A stretch of 64,000 nucleotides of DNA from Paramecium tetraurelia (Eukaryota): contig CT868030.1 of NCBI GenBank assembly GCA_000165425.1, positions 248,001 to 312,000 of the forward strand, read 5' to 3'. The translations under genes and the position numbers were made by a program. The notes under the pieces are model-generated. The model saw nothing but the letters and a program-made list of their open reading frames with translations. It ran no database searches and was not told where the DNA came from. Shown piece by piece: positions 1 through 14,609 of this stretch (positions are counted from its first letter, which is position 1; the number at the start of each line of letters is the position of its first letter).

Positions 1-719
1 ATTCATAAAGCAAAATGTCAATTCAATAAAGAATAGTTTTGTTAAGATCTATATCAAGACATTTTGACAGAAACCAATTTAGATGGAACTTATGAATACA
101 ATCCATATAATATTTATGGAACTTGTTTCTAACCTCCAGTGGAAACACCTCAAGGGGAAAGAATTCCATATGCTAAAAATAAATTCGATCCCTTTGATAT
201 AATATAAGGGCACATTCCCCCATGTTCAGATGCTGTTGGATTATATCATTATCTACGTGATGATGAATTTAGAAAAGTAATAGATATCTCAATTTTAGTA
301 TTTAAATATTCATCCTTAAAGTGATTAATGGGCCAAATGTCAATCTCTCAATTACACAAAAGATCCCAGGGCTACTTATCATTTGTATCCAAAAATAATG
401 GCTAAAGGAATCAAAATACTCAAATTTAGTGGTGATGTCGACGGCGTAGTACCAATAACAGGAACAATATATTGGATTGAAAAACTCTAAAAAGAATTAA
501 GTAATTCTAATAATTTAAATAATAGATTTACCAACCATTTAATAATGGAGACCATGGTTCAAATCAAACAAATAAAATGCTGGTAATCTCTGGGAAATTG
601 ATGGTCTATTATTTGTGAGTGTTAGAAATGCTGGACACATGGTACCTGCTGATCAAAAAGAAGCTGCATTCATTATGGCCCATAATTTCATTTTTGATGT
701 ACCATTTTCTGAAGAATGA
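1..719 (+). CDS. Serine carboxypeptidase (S10 family), 3' part
   Basis: Code-6 translation gives FSGDVDGVVP (catalytic Asp), WRPW and VRNAGHMVP (catalytic His); two tiny introns; TGA at 717-719. Start lies outside the window. Confidence 0.92.
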
Positions 720-1052
720 TTTCGCTTTCATTTAAATGAATTATACATATTACTAATTATTATCCTCCTTTTCATTTAAAATTAATAGATTTTCCGAATA
801 CCTAAACGCAAAATATCCAATCCTCCAATATTCTCTTTTATTTTATTCTAATTTAAAATTTTTACATATATAATTTATAATTAAATGATGATATTATTAA
901 TTTTCCTATAAGATATCAAACCTTATTTTAATGATTAAGAGCTTTTTTTCTAATTATGAAACATGAGACACTAATTGTTGTAATTTGAATAAAAATGATT
1001 CGTTTATAATTCAAAAACTGTCAATTATAATAAAATAATATATAGAAAGAGC

Positions 1053-1673
1053 TCATATATTTTTCATTAAATTTGCAAATATTTAAGTAAATCCTTATAA
1101 TAATAGTTAAATCTTTTCCTTAGCTTCTGGGAAAAGATCACTATTATCAATTAAGGCTGAAATCCTTTATTCTTCAGGCCAGGTTTTGATGATTTTTTTC
1201 CCCATAATTCTTTTTTTTTTGTCTTTTACCGCAAGCTCCTCCTCAATCTCTTTTGGGATTATTGAGGCTTCTGAGTTTTTGAGATTTTTATAATATCGAT
1301 TCTTCAGCATATTCATTGTTTTTCCAGGGAAGTACTTTGTGATCTTTGAAAACTTGGGTCCTAATTTTTTGACAAGAAGCAACAGTATTCGATCTTCCTC
1401 TGGATAAAATATCGAGTTTGAAGCTTTCCCATTTGAATCCAAATAACTTCTTTGCTTCTCTTTTATGTATTTGTAAAGTGCACTGCTTCTGTCTTTGTCT
1501 CCATAAATAATGCATTTTCTTCTTTAATGAGTTTTTTTCTGATTACTTTTTGAGATAGTGGCATTCGTTTCTTAGCTTTAAGTAACTTGGTTGAAAAAGA
1601 GAAAGGAATTTGATAATTAGTCACAATCATTCAGTACTAATGAGTCTTCATATTAGTGTTTGAGAGAGATCAT
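1053..1673 (-). CDS. Single Myb-domain protein (paralogue 1)
   Basis: Intronless 207-codon frame containing FYPEEDRILLLLVKKLGPKFSKITKYFPGKTMNMLKNRYY. Confidence 0.85.
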
Positions 1674-2413
1674 GTTAATTTAATTAATATATCCCACCAC
1701 AAAAATCTTATTTATATAGCATTAAAAGATAATTGGAGCAGTTTAAATTGGTTGAAAACGTTTATATACTCAAATTTATCTATAACACCATTTGCTTATA
1801 TAAGGCTTAAATCATAATTTTATAGGTTTTCTAATTCAATCATTGTTGTATTTTTTTAATTCGGTAATCTAAAATGGTACATTAAACACTCAAATATAAA
1901 GTTAAATTATTTAGTGATGTAACGAATTAGGTCTCAAGCAAATATTTGAATTTCACAACTAAATTTAAATTTAAAAAGTCTTTATATTATTATATAACCC
2001 TATATTGTGGTAAAAAAATGATTCCTGCTCTAATATATTAATAATATTGTTTTATCTCATTATAATTATTGAAGATTATTGAATATTATTTAATTATGAA
2101 TTAATTCACCTTTTTTATAATATAAGGTTGATAATATTTAGTGGATGGCATACTTTAATGTAATGTCTATTTTTAGAATGAAATTATTTACAAAAACCCT
2201 AAATTAATTGTTGTTATAATTTATTTATTTCGTCAAAAAATACTTCTAATTCATATCCAGAGCATTTTAATATAATATATTAATTGAGAAGTTGATCATT
2301 AGGTTATAATTCATTTTGGAAAACATCAATTAGATTTATATCTGATATAGAAGTTTTTAATATATTTCATATTATTTATTTTTTTTATTTAACAATTCTT
2401 AATTTATTTATTA

Positions 2414-2683
2414 NNNNNNNNNNNNNNNNNNNNNNNNNNNNNNNNNNNNNNNNNNNNNNNNNNNNNNNNNNNNNNNNNNNNNNNNNNNNNNNNNNNNNNN
2501 NNNNNNNNNNNNNNNNNNNNNNNNNNNNNNNNNNNNNNNNNNNNNNNNNNNNNNNNNNNNNNNNNNNNNNNNNNNNNNNNNNNNNNNNNNNNNNNNNNNN
2601 NNNNNNNNNNNNNNNNNNNNNNNNNNNNNNNNNNNNNNNNNNNNNNNNNNNNNNNNNNNNNNNNNNNNNNNNNNNNNNNNNNN
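2414..2683. other. Assembly gap (270 N)
   Basis: Run of N. Confidence 1.
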
Positions 2684-3757
2684 GGTGCACAATGAGCTTT
2701 CTAAAAATTCCCGTTAGGCGTCGGATACATTTTGTTTTCAAATTATTTCTAGTCTCATAAAAATAAACATAAACAAAAAGAATTTGACTATTAATTTTTT
2801 TTGGGTCTAGTTTTTTGTTTAATTTATTATAATGATTTCATTTTGTAGCTCAGTTTAAGCTTGATGTTATCAAAACGAAACAAAACTTATAGTAAATAAT
2901 TTAAAAAAAGTTTCGGTGCTTTTATTATAATTATCAATTAGAGAATACTTTAAAATTTAACTAAGTGTATGAATTTTGGTTTAAGAAACAGTTTAAATCG
3001 TTTCAAATAAATTTTACATCATAGAATAGTCAGTTGATAAAAAAACTGTGAAAAATCAATCTTAATATTTAGAATGATTCCCTTCTATTAAACATACACC
3101 TTGAGAAATAGTAATTCAATTAAATATTAGAATTTGACATAATATGAGTTTTAGTTACATTTAATCACATAATTTTCGAATAAGAAAGGATTTTATTTTT
3201 TATATAGGATCTATCATTGAGCCGAAAATAATTGATAGCCTAAAATTATCTAATTTTGAGTAGATGTAATAAATTATAAAAAAGAATGTTAATTATTCTT
3301 AAATAATTCTACGATATAACACTTTATCAATTCAATATGAACTTTATCGAATAGTATCAGCTATTTTCTCTTCCTAATATACTTTAGTATAATCATATAG
3401 AGTATATCACAGATTTAGAATAGCGTCATTAAATCCACTAATTTAATAGACAAATTTTATACCATATTAACGGAACTTTATTTTACTAAATCTATTTATG
3501 CTGTATATCACATCTACAATGTTAACTCACAATATCAAACCTTTTTTAACTGTCAATATATATATTTTTAATTATAGATATTTCATTAATTTCATGTCAA
3601 TTTTTATGTTTTTTTTTATATTTTTGAATGTTAGCTTGATAAATATTAATACTCAGAAAATCAGGCATGAAATACTTATAGCCAATAAAGTAAAGACAAA
3701 TAATAACATATAAAAATGAAATTTTTAGGTGTCTATTATAAATATAAAATTCATTTA

Positions 3758-4351
3758 TCATTTTTGCATATTTCCAATAAGTTATTAAAATGAACTCAAA
3801 AATGTGTGTAGAATTTCCTTGGCTTCTGGAAAGAGAGGGCTATTCTCTATCACAGAGCTCATTTATTTATGTTGAGGCCATAAATTTAGAATTTTTCTAC
3901 CTATAATTCTTGATTCATTTTTATTTTAAAGAAGTTCCTCTTCTAACTCTTTTGGAATTTCTTAAGATTCAATATATCGTAAAGACTTGTAGTATCTGTT
4001 CTTAATCATATTGACAGTTTTTCCAGAGAAGTACTTTGTTATTTTGTTAAACTTGGGTCCTAATTTTTTAACAAGCAAAATTAGAATTCGGTCTTCTTCT
4101 GCAGAGAATTAAGAAATTTATGCTCTAGGTTTGTAATTAAGAAAAGCCATCTATTTCTCTTTGAGGTATTTATAAATAGCGCTACCTCTATCTTTCTAGC
4201 CATATTAGATTGTTTTTCTTCTTTGTCTGATTTATTTAGATTAAAAAATTCCCTCTTCGGTAGATTGATGACGAAATTAAGTTTAGTAAGAGTTATCATC
4301 TTAGTTAGAGGTTAGAATAGAATTAGATTATTAAGAGATTCCAGAATTCAT
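3758..4351 (-). CDS. Single Myb-domain protein (paralogue 2)
   Basis: 198-codon frame with SAEEDRILILLVKKLGPKFNKITKYFSGKTVNMIKNRYYKSL; C-terminal SLFPEAKE matches paralogue 1 (DLFPEAKE). Confidence 0.85.
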
Positions 4352-4400
4352 TTTGATTAGAAATTATTAAATCAATACTAATAATAGTATACCATTTAAA

Positions 4401-5990
4401 ATGCAAACTGTATTCGATGTTTTATTTAATTAATTACGGAAATCTTGATATTATTGCTAATAAACCGACAATTTCCGAATGAATTTACAACAGCATAAAT
4501 GTTTTTGATCAATTTTTCAATTTTTCATAGCTTATTGTATCAAAAACATAATTTACAAGGAAGTAAGGCTAATAAAGCCAAAAAAGAAATATATATAAAG
4601 GTTGCGACCTCATAAATTAAATTTTAAAAAGAAAATGAAAGTCTATTATTTATATCAAGAGAATCAATTTACAAATGCCTTTTTCCTTCGAAATACTTAA
4701 TCTAACATTCTAGATTATGAAATTCCTTAAAATTTAAATTTCTTAGGAAATTTAACATTTACTCAAAAGTCAAGAGGAGCGCCTCTAAATCATAAATAAT
4801 CTTCAAATGCAATAGAGAAAAAACATGTACATTTGTGTAAATCAAGTTATTGTTTTGTATATATATATTTCACATATTAGAACTTTTTTAGAATACTGAG
4901 ATTCTAGAACTGAAAAGTAAGTATTTAAGTCCAGTCTAAGAGGAATTGATTGAGAAGATCAAAATCTGCAAAGAAGTGAACTTAGAGTGGCTGTTACCAT
5001 TGATTCAGACCGAATATATTTTATTTAAGAAGAAGTTCTTGAAAATATTTAATTGATTGATACAAGAGATGCTTGGGATTTGGGGCTAAACAGATAAAGA
5101 TTAAATTCTGTAGAATTTAATTAAAGCATTATTGGACCATAGAGTTTATCAAATTACTTAATAAGGTAATTCTTTGTATTTTTATGGAAGTTAATATAAT
5201 AGTTGGAGGTAATCCTGTATATTCAAAATAGTTTATATTCAAGAGATAAGACTGTTAAATGGAGGTGATTTGAATTATTCTACATTGAATATAATAAAGA
5301 AAGGAAATATAAAATACTAATTTAAAAAATAAGTTTTATGAACTGAATAAGAAACTGCACAAAACCTAAAATGAATATATTCATTTGGGGCAGCCTAAAT
5401 CCAATAGAAAGTTAATAGAAAAATTAAAGAATTAAAGCTTTACTTAAGCTATTCCTTTTAGCAACATAAATAATGCAAGCTAATAAACCACTAAATTGCC
5501 AAAGGAATTATCAGTAAAATATTTAATTGAAATTGAAGAACTTCAAATCAGAGCAATGATAAAAAGTACTAATGTGATATTGATAATTGGTCTTATGAAG
5601 GTTTAATGATTTATACTAGAGGAAATCAGTAGTTTTAATGATGGCTTTCAATAAACTAACTTTTATTTGGTAATGAATATCGAACAACTCCTTATATAAA
5701 AAATAGATAATAGATTCAAATTTTCAACTATGTTCATTACCTAGAAAACTCATATTGTTTTTTGATCTTGAGGAAAGTTTAGAAGAAATTAAATGGCAAA
5801 ATTTAGAAATTTTAAATATGAATTTACAAATAATGGAGATTATTATGATATTATTTTTTTATACAAATGGAATGGTATTCAGAGTGATAGTATTAGATGA
5901 GTAGAAATACAATAAAAATATGGTTCGAATATAGATAAATATTTGACAAACTATATGTTGGAATAAAACAACTTTGAATAATAATGAATA
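4401..5990 (+). pseudogene. Possible decayed gene; coding-like fragments interrupted by TGA/frameshifts
   Basis: Protein-like pieces (e.g. EEVLENIQLIDTRDAWDLGLN..QSIIGPQSLSNYL), but I could not build a continuous frame. Confidence 0.3.
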
Positions 5991-6029
5991 ACTATTAATT
6001 ATTTTTATTTTTATATAAATATAAATTAG

Positions 6030-6487
6030 ATGGACTCTGGAGGTGCAAATACATTTGTGGTAGAACCTAAAGATGAAGAAAAGTGATTATTAAATTGATA
6101 TAATTAGATTTTATCCATCAAAAGTGAGAAAATTAATCCAAGAAATCATGGATGATAAATTAAAAACCGAAACTTATGATGCTAACAACACTCCTAATTT
6201 AGCAGAAGAATTAGTAAAAAGAATAAGAAGTAAAGTTAGAGAAAGTAAATGACTTATTTCATTTAATTTTAAGCTATAAAAATGCCAAGATTTAAAATTG
6301 CAGTTTAGGTTGTAATAGGTGAAGTCAAGGGATAGGGATGCAAAGTAACTTCAAAAAATCTATGGGATCCAACTTGGGACAATTATGCATCATACGCATT
6401 TTAAAATGTAACTAATCTTTCTGATCATTAAATAATTAGGAAAGTATTTACGGTGTAGCAATCGTATTTGGAGTCTATTATGAATGA
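6030..6487 (+). CDS. Tctex-1 family dynein light chain (Tctex2b/TCTEX1D2-like)
   Basis: MPRFKIAVQVVIGEVKGQGCKVTSKNLWDPTWDNYAS...VAIVFGVYYE*; three tiny introns. Confidence 0.92.
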
Positions 6488-6539
6488 GTTGAATTTTGAG
6501 TATAAGATAGTAATAGATATCATTTATTATAAATTTTGT

Positions 6540-7430
6540 TATAATCAATTATAAATTTATCACCATAATAGGGTTTAAGTAAGTCATAATTCTAATAGAA
6601 CTAACATCTATCATTCTTTGGACACTCAATAAATCTAGACTTTCGAGTATTTTTTGAATATTGATTTGGTTTGGCATATTATTTTTGAACCTATTCATCT
6701 AAATAGACAGGTTATCCTATCAATTTAAGATTCTCAAAATAGTCTTCTGGAAACAAGAGTGATCTAAAGTGTCTACATTTATATTTTTCATCTTTAAAGC
6801 AATTTCTTTACATGTAATTAAGTCTCCTCCAAATTCTGTTTATATCATCATCAGTGAAATCGAATTAAGATAGCTATTCCTTTATTATATATTTATGTTC
6901 GCATAGAGGATGTACCAATAATCTGTGTTCAAAATCCCTGAATAGCTCTTTCTTAGACCTTTCAACCTCGAAATGATAATGAACTTCAGCATAAAATAAA
7001 TCGAATAAAGCTTGGCTTGTCTACAAACTAAAGATGGTTCTTGCCCCTCCTAAGTGTTCCTTATTTTTTGTTATTGTATAAAGATCTTCATCTTCGCAAG
7101 GCATAATGAAATTCAGAAACCTTGTATAAACCAGTTTAATACTCTTCATAATCCATTTCAAATTTTTTCAAACCAGTGTGTCGATATAAAAAACTTTTAA
7201 CAAATTGATCATCATGCTCAATTTCATAATGACTCCATTTAAGATATCAAATACATTAAAAATTAGTTTAGACATTTGAAATTCAGAGTAGGCATAGCGA
7301 TTGATTCAAATATTTGCTTTGTGTCAATTCCCTTTTAGCTTACGAGATTCATCCTTTTCGAATCTACATTCTATTCTTCCTTAGCTATCAGTTAAAGATG
7401 TTTATTTATTCGTGTTATTAAATTTTGCAT
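6540..7430 (-). pseudogene. Hypothetical gene or pseudogene, frame not continuous
   Basis: ATG at 7430 and protein-like segments (KELFRDFEHRLLVHPLCEHKY) in different frames, with internal TGAs. Confidence 0.3.
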
Positions 7431-7941
7431 TATAAATAATATAAGTAATTATTATAAAAAGTATGTATTAAGAATAATGTGATAATATACTATTTTAAGT
7501 TGAGAAATATTTAAAAAAACTATTTTAAGTCAATTGGTGATGTGGTGGATTTATTTTTAAATTAATTTTTATTATATTATGAAGTTGACATGTAGAATAT
7601 AATTATATTAAAATTTAATAATGATCAACTCGTTCTTATATCATGATTAAATTGATTTTCTTTTAGATCTAAGAGCTTAAATATTTTAAGAAATAAAAGA
7701 TATAGAAACAAGTGGTTTATTTAAAGATAGAGGAGTAATAAATATTTAAGAAAAAGTAAATTAGTCGTTATTGCTGGTTTCATATATTATTTACCTAAAA
7801 TTTGAATATATTAAGCTCAAAAAAGATTTAGAAAGTAGTTATTCTGATAAAATTTAACGTAAGGTTACAAATTGACCTGATATAAATTGTTCTTAGAATC
7901 TTAAAATATTTTCATTAATAATTTAAGAGAAAGTATTTAAA

Positions 7942-8388
7942 ATGCCAAGAAGAAGTGGATCATCATCAAGATCAAGACCTAGCCCATCAAGAAGCACAGC
8001 AACAGCTGCAAGACCAGCTCCATAGACTTAAGCTCCTGCTTAAACTCCAGTAAAATCAGGAGGAATGTTTTCTGGGCTTGGATCAACTTTGATGACAGGT
8101 ATGGCATTTGGAGCAGGTTCAGAAGTAGCTCATTAGGCAATCAGATCTGTTATGGGTGGATCAAGTAGATTTAAATATAATTTAAATAGGTCAATCTTAA
8201 CCAGTTGAATAATAATCCCAGCAATAGGCTCCTCAATAACAATAATAAGCTTGTTAGAATGAAAGCCAAATGATCACTAATGTAAATTTAGAATATTTAT
8301 TTAGTGCTTACAAATGAACTCAGAAATCACAAGATGCCAACCATATATGGACATTTTCAAAGAATGCTAAAAGAAATACAACTTATGA
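7942..8388 (+). CDS. CHCHD2/CHCHD10/Mix17-like mitochondrial intermembrane-space protein
   Basis: MPRRSG.. Arg/Ser leader, central GMAFGAGSEVAHQAI helix and C-terminal twin CX9C motif; two introns. Confidence 0.9.
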
Positions 8389-8430
8389 TTGATTTATGAT
8401 AGATTGAAATAGCAATTATATAATATATTT

Positions 8431-9398
<968 letters not shown>

Positions 9399-9539
9399 TT
9401 ATATATTTTTATATATTTATTATTCAAAATAAAATGACGATTGATTTTGATTATGTATTTTTACATCTTCCAAACATATGTTTAATATCTATTTAGATAT
9501 TTAAATCATCATTCAAATGATTTACCATATTTAATAATT

Positions 9540-10671
9540 ATGTTATTATTTGCAATTCTCAGCGTAACTCTGGCAGCATTTACATTCGATGATGGCTAAT
9601 GTAAATGCAATCAATTAGTGGTTGAAACAGAATGTAAATTCAACACCCAATGCACATGGGATGGAGTGGCTAAAACCTGTTCTAGAAAATCATGTGCTGA
9701 TTTGAAAGATCAATGTTCTTCAACTCAAGGGTGTGCGTTGGATTCCGATGGAAATTGCAAAGACTTCACCAAGTGTGCTGATTACAAGGTCACTGGATTA
9801 GGATAATGCTAATACAAGGATAAAACATGCACTGAAGATTAGACTACTTCAGGTGGATACGCTTGCAAAGCTGGTACTTATGTGCCTGAATGTCAAAAGA
9901 TTACTATTAAGGCAGACTGCAAAGGATATCAAAGCTCAACACAAGTCTGCTTTTGGACAACAAATCCTATGACTAAAGCATAAGAATGCATGCCCGTCAA
10001 ATACACCTCCTGTGAAGATGGATAATCAGATCCCAACCTATGTACATTAAATTCATCCTGTAAATACACACTTGAAAAGAAATGTGTCCCTAAGACTTGT
10101 GCTGATGTTACTACAGAATTTTATTGCACTTCTATTCCTTAATGGAATAATTCCAAATTGACATTGTGTCAATGGAATGGAAATTGTTAGGATGCTTCAG
10201 GAGTTGAGGTCTTAACACAAGCTAAGTGCTACTCAAGTACATTAAAAAACTATCATTGGGTTACTTCCACTAACAAATGTACGTTATGCGCTGCTCCAGC
10301 TACATCAACTACAACACCTACAGGAACAAGCACTGGAACATCCACAGGTACAAGCACTGGTACATCTACAGGAACAAACACTGGTACATCTACAGGCACA
10401 AGTACTGGAACATCTACAGGAACAAGTACTGGTACATCTACAGGTACAAGTACTGGAACATCTACTGGAACAACAACAACTACAGGAACAGGTACATCTG
10501 CCGGAACTACAACCACTACAGGAACTGGAACTGGTACAACCACAACAACAGGAACCAATACTGGAAGTAATTAATATTATTATTATAATAGCCAAACCTA
10601 ACGATGCTTATACCTAGAGTAAATTTGCTTAGCTCATTGTAGTTTCATTATTTATGGCGTTTATTCAATGA
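9540..10671 (+). CDS. Cys-rich secreted/GPI-type surface protein (mini-antigen-like) with Thr/Gly/Ser stalk
   Basis: Signal peptide MLLFAILSVTLA, periodic Cys with CxW motifs, (TGTS)n stalk, intron at about 10567-10591, hydrophobic C-terminal tail. Confidence 0.85.
10310..10566 (+). repeat. Coding 12-bp tandem repeat encoding Thr-Gly-Thr-Ser
   Basis: acaggaacaagc / actggtacatct units that vary at synonymous positions. Confidence 0.95.
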
Positions 10672-10915
10672 TAACATTATTTTTAGAGAGAAATATCATT
10701 AAATAGCAATTCTTTTTCTTTACTTTTTTCTATTAGTATTCTACATTCTCACCCTTTCGAAAATTTGATAATTTGTCGTTATTTAATAAATTGTTTACCA
10801 GAAAAATGAAATTTGTGATTTTTTTTGATTATTAATTCCTTTATTTAGTATTAGATATTTTGGAATTCTTTTATAATTAAGTTTGAATTTGTATAGTTAT
10901 ATATATTTAATTAAG

Positions 10916-13900
10916 ATGAATCCTTCTATTGAGTATTATAATCTCCAGTAACACAAGCTTTACGAATACATGGTTGGGTTAACCTAGAACGTAACAGGAG
11001 TTGAAAAGATAGTAATTATATCAAATAATTCAAGTTCGCAGAATTAATAACATGCCTCCAAGATTTTAGTTCAGCAATTTCAAGTATTGGAAGAAAGTTT
11101 CACTCTTAAATAAGCAGTGGGAATGAACCAGATATTTTAGTTTGCTTATATTAATAAGTGAGCAATTACTTATTAAGATTGTCATAAAATTGGGATAATA
11201 CAGCTCAAAAAATTAGGAGTGAAATTGCTGAACCTTACTCTTAATTTGTAGTGAATTTCAGATAAACAAATAGAAGTTTGAATAGCGATTCCAAAAAGCA
11301 AGTAGCAGAAATAGTAGAAACTAGAAAAGAAATGTGTAAAACTTAAGAGGAATATTGGAAATTAATGAAATTATTTGAATAGAAATCTGAATAGGCACAA
11401 TAAATGATAGATCATATTGAAAAAGGAAATGCAACAAAAGAGGATTTTTAAAGATAATTTAATAATTCTCTAAGAATATAAGAATTGGCAGATGGAATGG
11501 AAAAGGACTATAAAAAATTACTATAGATAACAAATGAAAGGTGGAAACTATTTCATTAAGAATGGGATACTATATTTGCAAATGTTGGTTTGAATGAATA
11601 GAGTAGGTACAAAATATAATATAAAATAGGATTATGTTTACGAAGCAAACTGTTAGTGCATTATTGAAATTGCTGCCATTTGATTAAGATTAATCATAAT
11701 TTGAAGAAAAAATATCTGATTTAGAACTTAAATTGAAATAAGACCCCAAGATACCAATTAGGAAGTTGATTGAAAAAAGAATGCAAATTTAAGAGGGGTG
11801 TAAGAAATATAATGATAATCAAAGCCTTTAAATTTTCATTCGAAGAGTTCATAAGTTATGAATAATGGAAAAAGAATCCCCAAAGTCATGATTAAGCCCA
11901 TCCTGTATAATAGGTTTAAAATTAATGGACTCTTGTTGGCGATAAGATCTTAGAGGAGGAGAAAAAGCTTATAGATAGATATCTATATTCTTTATTTTAA
12001 ATAGATCTATCAGATAAATGCGAATAAATAATAAAAATAAAGTAAATTCTTTAGAAACCAGTGGGCAGAAATTATTTTATAACTTCTTTGAATAAATTAC
12101 ACACTAAATCATATCAAGACAAATAAGCAAGTAAATTGAAATATTATCATAGAATTCTATTTAACATTAACAACTGAATAGTTTATGGAATTGTTATAAT
12201 TAATTAGACACTGGTTAAATTATGTTGATTTGAATGAAATCTATGAATCTGAGGATATTTATGATTTATTATTAAAAGCAATTCGAATAGTCAGAATGGA
12301 TGGAAAAGAGAGAGTTAATTTAGCCTCTTAATTATCAGATATTCCTCTTTGGACTAAAGTTGATAGATGGATAGAATTATTTCAATTTATAAGTGCCAAG
12401 AAAGTAGATGAAAAGAGAAAGTAAGCTCAATCAATCATGCAATAAACCTAAAGCACTATTTTGAAAAAAGGAGTAAGAATAATTGGAAAGGGATTATCGA
12501 TTATCAAGAATTTTGGTGCCTAGTAATCTAATATGATAGAAGTAAACGAAAGTGAAATCTGCTATATGATATTAGATGAAATTAATCTATTTATATATTC
12601 CTTAAAATTGCCATCAGAATTATCTGCAGAAATAATCATTCAAATTGCATCATAATAATAACATATTGATAAGGATCATGTTGTTAAGTTATTGGAGAAA
12701 TAGGAAGATTTGCATAACACTCAATGGAAGAAGCTTTTCAAATCAGGTAAAGTGCTTTTAACTCATAAAACTGAAAAGTACGAAAGAAACAAGTTATACA
12801 TTTATGAAAATAAAGTAATTTAAGGATGTGGAGCTTGTTTAAAGTAAGAATTTCTATTTTAAATTAGATTTTTATCTATTTAGGATTAACCATAAAAGTT
12901 ACTGACTCTCAATAGCAATTTTAATAAACAGTTGAAACACAAAATTAAGAAGTTCTATTTGGGAAACTCTTAAGTTCTCTCAGATGAATCTACTCACTAA
13001 TTGAGATTGAGATTGATGTCTTAAGCTTTGAAATTGAAATAATTGAACATTGATTATGTTGAAATGAAAACTAAAGTAGGAATAGAGATGGATGTTAATA
13101 ATCTCTATGAAGAAACAATTAAATTGGATGTTTAGAGAAGTCTTCACATTCACAAAGATAAAATTAATTCAAATGTTCTATAAAGTTTGTTAAGAATTTA
13201 TGCATTTTACAATTAAGAGGTTGGATATTGTTAAGGCATGAATTACATTGCAGGATACCTTTATTTAACTTATTAAGATTAAGAGGTAGCATATAAGGCT
13301 TTTGATAGAATGATGAATCTCTATTTTAAGGAATTATACATCAATGATTTTTCTAAATTGGTAAAATTGATAATATATTTCAGAAAACTGGATTTTATGC
13401 TTTTGAAAGATTGCTCTGTATTTTCTTACCTGAATTATCTTAACATTTGAAGGACTAGAAGATAGATGCCTCTTATTATGTTGCTTCTTGGTTCATTACT
13501 TTATATTCTAATGTGTTTCAATATAGTTAAAGATCAGCCCTATTGAATGTGATATGGGACTTATTTTTAGCAGAAGAATGGAAAGGTAATATATGAAATA
13601 GTAAAATAGGATTCTATAAAGCCACATTTTATATATTTTCATTGATTCAATAGCATATTCTAAATCTTGAATTTGATGAAATCCTTCATTTTTTAGGATA
13701 GCTGATTAAATCAGAAATATTTAGTGTCAGTACAGAAAAAGAATTAATCTAATACATTTAGAAATTTGATAAATCTGTCAAAGATGATGTATCAATAAAG
13801 AAAACGATTCTATCAAAATTTAGAATAACTAATAAAATGTTAAAGAGTTTGGAATCAGAGTACCATAGCTTTTAATTGAAATTGAATAAAAAATTTAATT

Positions 13901-13917
13901 AATGCATGAAAAGATGA
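10916..13917 (+). CDS. TBC-domain Rab GAP with N-terminal F-BAR-like helical region
   Basis: IKLDVQRSL (Arg finger), GYCQGMNYIAGYL (Gln finger) and SWFITLF; N-terminal coiled coil ending ...FHFEEF; several tiny introns. Confidence 0.88.
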
Positions 13918-14609
13918 ATAATGATATCTATTATTTAGTATAAAAGTAATTTAAAATCAAAAATAACTCTATATTATCTAATTGTGATTTTCAAGAACAA
14001 TAGAAATCTGTTACTTTAATAATGATAATACATTATTTTAATGTTACTATTAAATCCTGAAATAAAATAAATTTGATTAAAATATATAAGTATCTTAAAT
14101 ATGCTTGTAAAGTTTCTAATAGATTTGTTAATGATTTTCAGGAATTTTCTGAGAATTAATATTTTTTTACATTTTTTTTGATTTTTTTATATAATTCAAT
14201 ATAATAAATGATTGTTACATTTACATTAATAACTATTCTCCACTGATATACGGATATTAAAGGTATTAATCAATATATGATTGTTGATTTATAAGTATAG
14301 TAATTCGAATTATTCAATCAAAAATAAACACGATATTGATTTATTTTTTAGATAAATCAAACCACTTTGATGATTATAAATATAAGTAATATTTGATTAA
14401 TGAGTCTCTCTATAAAATACAAAGAAATTATATTAGAAATGAAATACTTTTAGTTTTCTTCTTATTTTTCTCTATTTAATAGCAATTCAAAGAATAGGAC
14501 TACATAGTATTCATGCTTTAGTTCACATAAAATTTAATTCTTGATAATTGCATAAATACTAATGCGTATACGTATCATTTTTAAATTAAAATTAAATTAT
14601 TTTACAGAT

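Noticed and set aside
2684..2740. GC-richer stretch right after the gap, considered as an ncRNA fragment
   Set aside because: No recognisable tRNA, snRNA or telomerase motif; contig-edge sequence is unreliable.
2385..2741. ORFs spanning X residues
   Set aside because: Artefacts of the N gap.
10253..10595. Val/Pro-rich, Cys-rich and RNKYW-repeat ORFs in the track; superficially array-like repeats
   Set aside because: Alternative-frame and antisense shadows of the TGTS coding repeat; there are no unique spacers, so this is not a CRISPR array.
14439..14609. In-frame 57-codon upstream extension of cytochrome c
   Set aside because: AT-rich, intergenic-like composition; with only one stop codon such open frames arise by chance; cytochrome c needs no presequence.
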